A stretch of DNA of 64,000 nucleotides from an uncultured cyanobacterium (GTDB taxonomy: Bacteria > Cyanobacteriota > Cyanobacteriia > Cyanobacteriales > Cyanobacteriaceae). Both the position numbers and the translations under genes were made by a program. The notes beneath the pieces are model-generated. The model worked only from the letters and a program-made list of their open reading frames with translations, was not told where the DNA came from and did no database searches. Position 1 is the first letter of the stretch. Each line of letters starts with the position of its first letter. Shown here piece after piece: positions 58,406 to 64,000 of this stretch. Location of the stretch: NCBI GenBank assembly GCA_963710605.1, contig CAVQBA010000006.1, forward strand, positions 608,001 to 672,000, written 5' to 3'.

Positions 58406-58633
58406 TTACTTTTTTCCTTTGAGTCGATAGGTGATTCTTCCTTTTGTTAAGTCATAAGGAGTTAATTCTACTTTGACACGATCGCCTGGTAGTATTTTGA
58501 TATAATTACGACGAATCTTACCTGCGATATGAGCTAAGACGTTAAAGCCGTTATCTAAATCAACTCTGAACATAGCATTAGGAAGAGATTCAGTTACCGT
58601 TCCTTCCATTTCAATCAAATCTTTTTTTGACAT
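58406..58633 (-). CDS. infA: Translation initiation factor IF-1
   Basis: [10 protein letters not shown] and [12 protein letters not shown] motifs. Confidence 0.98.
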   Translation of the reverse strand: MSKKDLIEMEGTVTESLPNAMFRVDLDNGFNVLAHIAGKIRRNYIKILPGDRVKVELTPYDLTKGRITYRLKGKK

Positions 58634-58731
58634 AGTAATAATCCTTTATTTTATACCAGATATATTTCATCCTTATTAATCTTATCAAACCTACTTTGTC
58701 TTCACTTAAAGCCAAAAATAGAGGTAAGATT

Positions 58732-59286
58732 CTAGGATTTGACTATGGCTTTGATTTCTTGACTGACTTCGTAGGGTTGACGATTACCATCTACATTTTT
58801 AAGTAGTTGGTGTTGTTGATAATAATCAATTAAGGGAGCTGTTTGTTCACGATAGACAACTAATCTATTTTTGATTGTGTCTTCGCTATCATCTGCTCTT
58901 CCTCTTGACATCAGACGCTTGGTCACTACTTCGTCTTTTACATCTAAATTAATGACCGCATCAAATGTTTGTTCTAACTTTGTTAAAAGACCATTTAAAA
59001 AATCTGCTTGGACAACATTGCGAGGAAAACCATCAAGAATCCAACCATTTTTAGTATCACGGTGATTCAATCTTTCCTCGATTAAGTCCAAAATTAACTC
59101 GTTAGGTACCAAATTACCGTTATCAACATATTTTTTAGCTTTGATGCCCAAAGGTGTTTGTTTAGATATTGCTGAGCGTAAAATTTCTCCAGTTGAAATA
59201 TGGGGAACTTTTAACCATTCAGCAATTACCTGACTTTGAGTACCTTTACCCGCACCTGGAGCACCTAAAAATATCAGCTTAGTCAT
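58732..59286 (-). CDS. adk: Adenylate kinase (short LID)
   Basis: [15 protein letters not shown] and LDGFPR motifs. Confidence 0.97.
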   Translation of the reverse strand: MTKLIFLGAPGAGKGTQSQVIAEWLKVPHISTGEILRSAISKQTPLGIKAKKYVDNGNLVPNELILDLIEERLNHRDTKNGWILDGFPRNVVQADFLNGLLTKLEQTFDAVINLDVKDEVVTKRLMSRGRADDSEDTIKNRLVVYREQTAPLIDYYQQHQLLKNVDGNRQPYEVSQEIKAIVKS

Positions 59287-59415
59287 TTGTAGTTAATAGT
59301 TAGTAGTTAATAGTTAATAGTTAATAATTCATAGTTACTCGTTAACTATTAATACTTTTTTGAGCATTGTTTTGTTGACGCTACAAACTATTAAGGCTAT
59401 CAAACTATTGACTGT

Positions 59416-60729
59416 TTATTGTTTTACCATTCCCTCATAACGTTGAGAGATGACATATGTTTGTACTTGCTTGGCAGTATCAATGGCTACCCCAACTAAA
59501 ATCAGTAAGGATGTGGCACCAAAACCTTGGAAAGTCGTTACACCTGTGGCACTTTCCACAAATGTCGGCACGATCGCTACAAATGTCAGGAAGATTGCAC
59601 CTAACAAAGTTAGACGGTTTAAAACTCCTTCTAAATAAGCGATCGTTGATTTTCCAGGGCGAATACCCGGTATGCTAGTCCCCATTTTCTTTAAGTTTTG
59701 AGCTATATCTTCAGGATTAGAAATCAAGGAAGCATAGAAATAACTAAAGAACAAAATCATGAGTGAGTAAGTAATAACGTACCAAGCTGTACCAGGGCGA
59801 AGAGCTAAAGCTACTTGATTTAAAACCGAGCTAAAGGGAGTATTTTCAGCAAAACCTGAGAGTGATGATGGTAAAACTAATACCGCCGAAGCAAAAATGA
59901 TCGGCATTACACCACCTTGATTAAGTCTCAAAGGTAGGTAACTAGTTCTTTCACGATAAAGTTTTTTGCCTACTTGACGACGAGCCGAAATAATCGGTAT
60001 TCGACGTGTTCCTTCTTGGACAAAAACAATCAACACAGTCGTTACCAAAAATACTAATAGTAAGATTAATACTTGAGCAATAGCTTGTCTTCCGCCTGTT
60101 TGAGCATAATCGATCGTATTACCTAAAGTTTGTGGTAAAACAGCTACAATATTGACGAAAATCAACAAAGATGCTCCATTACCTAAACCCCTTTCGGTAA
60201 TTAATTCAGATACCCACATAACGAACATAGAACCTGCGGTAATTGCCAAGACAGTCTCGACAACAAACCACGGACTATCTGTAGTAGCATAAGGTCTTAA
60301 TAAACCGATCGTAATCCCTGTACTTTGAATAATCGCCCAACCCAAAGCTACATAACGGGTAATTTGAGCAATTTTACGTCTTCCTGCTTCACCTTCATTT
60401 TTTTGTAAATCTTCTAGCTTAGGTAAAGCTGAAGTCATTAACTGCATAATGATAGAGGCATTAATGTAAGGTAAAATTCCTAGAGCAAAGATACCTACAG
60501 CGGCAAGACCACCACCTGTAAAAATATTTAAAAACCCAGCAATAGCACTATTTTGGAAAGCCGCTTCAAAAGCTTGACGATCTATTCCTGGAACAGGAAT
60601 ATAAATACCCAAACGAATTAAAATTAATAATCCGAGGGTAATTAGCAAACGACTACGAAGCCCAGCCGCTCCAGCCATTTGCATGAAAGTTTCTTGAGCG
60701 GTTGGAGTTTTTTCTCTACTGACAACCAT
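59416..60729 (-). CDS. secY: Preprotein translocase SecY
   Basis: LGILPYINASII, GLGNGASL, GVMPIIFA and IPGIRPG motifs. Confidence 0.98.
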   Translation of the reverse strand: MVVSREKTPTAQETFMQMAGAAGLRSRLLITLGLLILIRLGIYIPVPGIDRQAFEAAFQNSAIAGFLNIFTGGGLAAVGIFALGILPYINASIIMQLMTSALPKLEDLQKNEGEAGRRKIAQITRYVALGWAIIQSTGITIGLLRPYATTDSPWFVVETVLAITAGSMFVMWVSELITERGLGNGASLLIFVNIVAVLPQTLGNTIDYAQTGGRQAIAQVLILLLVFLVTTVLIVFVQEGTRRIPIISARRQVGKKLYRERTSYLPLRLNQGGVMPIIFASAVLVLPSSLSGFAENTPFSSVLNQVALALRPGTAWYVITYSLMILFFSYFYASLISNPEDIAQNLKKMGTSIPGIRPGKSTIAYLEGVLNRLTLLGAIFLTFVAIVPTFVESATGVTTFQGFGATSLLILVGVAIDTAKQVQTYVISQRYEGMVKQ

Positions 60730-60842
60730 AATCTAAATTATAAATATTAAATGAGTGACAAAATTAAAGTAATTTAATAGTCGATCGAAAAATATCCTTT
60801 TACAAGTAACACAATTGACCACTATTACTATCTTGACATTAA

Positions 60843-61316
60843 TTAGCCATTATTGTCTTGCTCATTTTTCTTTTCAGGTTGACCAATACTGCCGCCTGCG
60901 GCTTCAATTTTAGTTTGAACTGATTTACTCCAAGCCGCCGCTTTAATATTTAAAGGAATAGAGATGTCTCCACGACCTAATATTTTAAGGGGGCCGTCAT
61001 TGGCTGTAACAATTCCTGCTTCGGTTAAAGATGCCATTGTTACCTCAGAGTTAGCCTCTAAAGTTCCTAATTGATCAAGATTGATAATTGTAAAAACTTT
61101 ACGGTTAATAACTGTAAAATGCTTTAACTTAGGAACACGTCTGTAAAGGGGCATTTGACCACCTTCAAAACCGGGTTTTGTACCAGTACCAGAACGTGAT
61201 TTTTGACCTCTCATCCCAAAACCACCACTGGCACCTTGTCCAGCAGAAATACCTCTACCTATACGGCGAGGACGGTGTTTTGAGGTCGGTTTGGGTGCTA
61301 GTTTATGAAGTTTCAT
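60843..61316 (-). CDS. rplO: 50S ribosomal protein L15
   Basis: GQKSRSG and [12 protein letters not shown] motifs. Confidence 0.98.
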   Translation of the reverse strand: MKLHKLAPKPTSKHRPRRIGRGISAGQGASGGFGMRGQKSRSGTGTKPGFEGGQMPLYRRVPKLKHFTVINRKVFTIINLDQLGTLEANSEVTMASLTEAGIVTANDGPLKILGRGDISIPLNIKAAAWSKSVQTKIEAAGGSIGQPEKKNEQDNNG

Positions 61317-61448
61317 AATAGTAATCTAATGTAGTCAATATATAAAATTGACAATTATTTAATTCGGTAATAGATCTATTTTTTCACTTAGTGAAGAAGT
61401 AACTGTCCATTGTCCATTGTTAATTGTCAATTTTTAAATAGCTTTAGC

Positions 61449-61988
61449 TTAGGAAAAAATTTGTTGTAAAGGAATATCTCTTTCTTTAGCTACGTTAGAG
61501 TAACTACGAATTTGCTCAAGCGCGTTAACCGCAGCTCTAGCGTTATTTAAAGGATTATTAGATCCTTGTTGTTTAGCTAAGATATTTTTAATTCCGGCTA
61601 ATTCTAAAACAGTACGTACCGCACCACCTGCAATTACACCAGTACCAGGAGCGGCAGGACGCATAAATACTTTTGCTCCTCCTGCAATACCTGTACTGAT
61701 ATGGGTGATAGAATCAGCTTTATTTAATCTGATCGAAATCAGATGTTTTTTACCATCAGAGACTGCTTTACGTACTGCATTAATAACGTCACCTGCTTTA
61801 CCAACGCCAACACCGACTTGTCCTTTCTCGTTACCAACAACGACAATTGCTCGGAAGCTAAGTTTTTTACCACCTTTAACTACTTTGCTGACACGACGAA
61901 TTTGGACAACTCTTTCTTGCCAAGCGTTGTCTTTTTTCTCTCTGCGTTTTCTTTGTTTGCCTTTACGTTGTTCTTGTTCTTTTGCCAT
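61449..61988 (-). CDS. rpsE: 30S ribosomal protein S5 (ATG at 61988)
   Basis: [10 protein letters not shown] and PGTGVIAGG motifs. Confidence 0.97.
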   Translation of the reverse strand: MAKEQEQRKGKQRKRREKKDNAWQERVVQIRRVSKVVKGGKKLSFRAIVVVGNEKGQVGVGVGKAGDVINAVRKAVSDGKKHLISIRLNKADSITHISTGIAGGAKVFMRPAAPGTGVIAGGAVRTVLELAGIKNILAKQQGSNNPLNNARAAVNALEQIRSYSNVAKERDIPLQQIFS

Positions 61989-61995
61989 AATCCCT

Positions 61996-62358
61996 CTAGA
62001 AGTTAAGACCTTGTTCACGAGCGGCACTTGCCAAAGATTTGACTCTACCGTGATAAAGATTACCACCACGATCGAATACTACTTTTTCGATGCCTTGAGC
62101 TAATGCTCTTTGAGCTACTAATTTACCAACTTCAGCCGAAGCATCACAATTAGAGGTTTTTCCTAATTTTCCTTTCAATTCTTGATCAAGAGTTGATGCG
62201 GCTACTAAGGTATGTTGAGACACATCATCAATTACTTGAGCGTAGATATGTAAATTAGACCTGAATACAGCTAAACGAGGACGTTCAGATGTACCTTCTA
62301 CTTTTTTACGAACTCGTAAATGACGACGTTTAGTGAGATTTTTACGATTAATGGTCAT
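61996..62358 (-). CDS. rplR: 50S ribosomal protein L18
   Basis: [10 protein letters not shown] and VVFDRGG..YHGRV motifs. Confidence 0.98.
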   Translation of the reverse strand: MTINRKNLTKRRHLRVRKKVEGTSERPRLAVFRSNLHIYAQVIDDVSQHTLVAASTLDQELKGKLGKTSNCDASAEVGKLVAQRALAQGIEKVVFDRGGNLYHGRVKSLASAAREQGLNF

Positions 62359-62360
62359 AG

Positions 62361-62900
62361 TTATTTCTTACCTGATTTACCTACTTTACGTCTGACGTAT
62401 TCACCTAGATAACGAATACCTTTACCTTTATAGACTTCAGGTGGACGAACGGCACGAATTTTAGCGGCAGTATTACCAACTAATTCTTTATCAATACCTG
62501 TAATAACTACTTCTGTGTTGCTATTAACCGCAACAGAAATACCTTCAGGCATCTGCATTTCCACTGGTTTGCTGTAGCCTACATTAAGAGTAAGTTTCGA
62601 GCCTTGTGCTTGAGCTCGATAACCAACCCCTTGTATTTGTAATTTTTTCTCAAAGCCGTTAGATACACCTTCAATCATGTTAGCGACTAAAGTACGACAC
62701 AAACCGTGTCTTTCTCTTGCTCTACGAGATTCGTTGTCACGTACAACTTTTAATTCTTCGCCCTCTTGAGTCACGGTAATAAGACCGGGTAATTCTCTAG
62801 ATAAATTACCTTTTGGCCCTTTTACATCGACGTGTAAACCGTCAATATTTACGTCAACTTTAGAGGGTATCGTGATAGGACGTTTTCCAATACGAGACAT
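62361..62900 (-). CDS. rplF: 50S ribosomal protein L6
   Basis: MSRIGKRPI and [12 protein letters not shown] motifs. Confidence 0.98.
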   Translation of the reverse strand: MSRIGKRPITIPSKVDVNIDGLHVDVKGPKGNLSRELPGLITVTQEGEELKVVRDNESRRARERHGLCRTLVANMIEGVSNGFEKKLQIQGVGYRAQAQGSKLTLNVGYSKPVEMQMPEGISVAVNSNTEVVITGIDKELVGNTAAKIRAVRPPEVYKGKGIRYLGEYVRRKVGKSGKK

Positions 62901-62979
62901 GATTTTACTTCTAAAAAATTGTTAATTGATAATTGATAATTGATAATGTGATTTATCCTTTATCTTTTATTATTCATTA

Positions 62980-63381
62980 TTACCAGACGTAGCAGAGAAT
63001 TTCTCCGCCTACACCTTGTTTTCTGGCTTGTCTGTCAGTCATGATGCCTTGAGATGTGGAAATAATTGCTACGCCGATACCACCTAAAACTCTAGGAAGA
63101 TCTTTTTTCTTACTATATACCCGTAAACCCGGAGTACTAACTCGGCGGATATTTTGGATAATAGATTGACGATTTTTTCCTTTATATTTCAAGGATACAA
63201 CTATATTTTTGTTAACTCCTTCACCCGCTTCTTCGTAGCCATTGATGAAGCCTTCTTCAATCAATACATCAGCTATATTTCGAGTCATCCGAGTACTGGG
63301 TATATTGACTGTAAGATGACGAACGGCACAAGCGTTGCGAATACGAGTCAGCATATCTGAGATAGTGTCGTGTGCTGGCAT
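62980..63381 (-). CDS. rpsH: 30S ribosomal protein S8
   Basis: [17 protein letters not shown] and GGEILCYVW motifs. Confidence 0.98.
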   Translation of the reverse strand: MPAHDTISDMLTRIRNACAVRHLTVNIPSTRMTRNIADVLIEEGFINGYEEAGEGVNKNIVVSLKYKGKNRQSIIQNIRRVSTPGLRVYSKKKDLPRVLGGIGVAIISTSQGIMTDRQARKQGVGGEILCYVW

Positions 63382-63410
63382 TCTTTTTTCTGTTCCTTTG
63401 TTACCTTAAT

Positions 63411-63953
63411 TTATTTATTCCGAAAGGGCATTCCCATTTCTTTTAATAACGCCCGTCCTTCTTCGTCGGTGTTAGATGTGGTGATGATGGAAATATCAAA
63501 ACCACGAATTTGATCGATACTATCGTATTCGATTTCAGGGAATATTAGTTGTTCTCTGATCCCTAGACTGTAGTTTCCTCTACCGTCAAAACTTTTAGGA
63601 CTAACACCACGAAAGTCACGAATTCGAGGTAAAGCAAGGCTGATCAAACGATCGAGAAAAGCATACATTTTTTCACCACGAAGAGTTACCATGGCTCCTA
63701 CGGGCATTCCTTCACGGATTTTAAATCCTGCGATCGCTTTTTTGGAGCGAGTAACTACAGGTTTTTGTCCAGAAATAATCGCTAGTTCACTCAGAGACGA
63801 CTCCAGTGCTTTAGCATTCTGTGATGCTTCCCCCAAACCTCTATTGATGACAATTTTGGTGACTTTGGGAACTTGATGAATGTTGGTGTAACTAAATTGT
63901 TCTTTTAATTTAGGAACAATTGTTTCTTGATAATAAGTTTTTAATCTTGACAT
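63411..63953 (-). CDS. rplE: 50S ribosomal protein L5
   Basis: [16 protein letters not shown] and FDGRGNY motifs. Confidence 0.98.
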   Translation of the reverse strand: MSRLKTYYQETIVPKLKEQFSYTNIHQVPKVTKIVINRGLGEASQNAKALESSLSELAIISGQKPVVTRSKKAIAGFKIREGMPVGAMVTLRGEKMYAFLDRLISLALPRIRDFRGVSPKSFDGRGNYSLGIREQLIFPEIEYDSIDQIRGFDISIITTSNTDEEGRALLKEMGMPFRNK

Positions 63954-64000
63954 TACGGTAGTAATTAGTAGTAATCAAACAAACCGTTAGCTATTTTATT

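Noticed and set aside
57159-63953. Absence of rpsD, rpmD and rpsN from the spc/alpha cluster
   Set aside because: This is the normal cyanobacterial arrangement.

Overview
AT-rich chromosomal window from a unicellular cyanobacterium. The many GCGATCGC/CGATCG (HIP1) sites, the CAB-tailed ferrochelatase, an HliP, the cyanobacterial ribosomal gene order and the 16S suggest Cyanobacterium/Geminocystis, which is an inference. Most of the window is housekeeping: a perR / type II peroxiredoxin / DDOR redox cluster, hemH, gloA, rsmI, nadK, ggt, rimI, surE, a full rrn operon (16S-Ile-Ala-23S-5S), tRNA-Thr(CGU) and the distal half of the spc/alpha ribosomal protein superoperon (rplE to rpmE). The most interesting locus is a small islet at about 51.5-53.3 kb. 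It holds an intact macrodomain gene and a decayed DUF3800-like gene bracketed by two 68-nt GTTGGGT...ACCCAAC structured elements, a candidate ncRNA-protein system. Other unusual features: (1) an uncharacterised vWA gene flanked by a 15x7-bp array and an 8x39-bp array, the latter nested between inverted REP-like elements; (2) a DUF4394/CHRD/DUF4114 protein with a circularly permuted CHRD insert and an upstream pho-box-like triplet; (3) an internally deleted IS with intact TIRs and a target duplication next to rrn; (4) several frameshifts and substitutions, some falling on known cyanobacterial methylation motifs, which may be base-calling artefacts. All domain calls were made by eye from motifs, without database searches.
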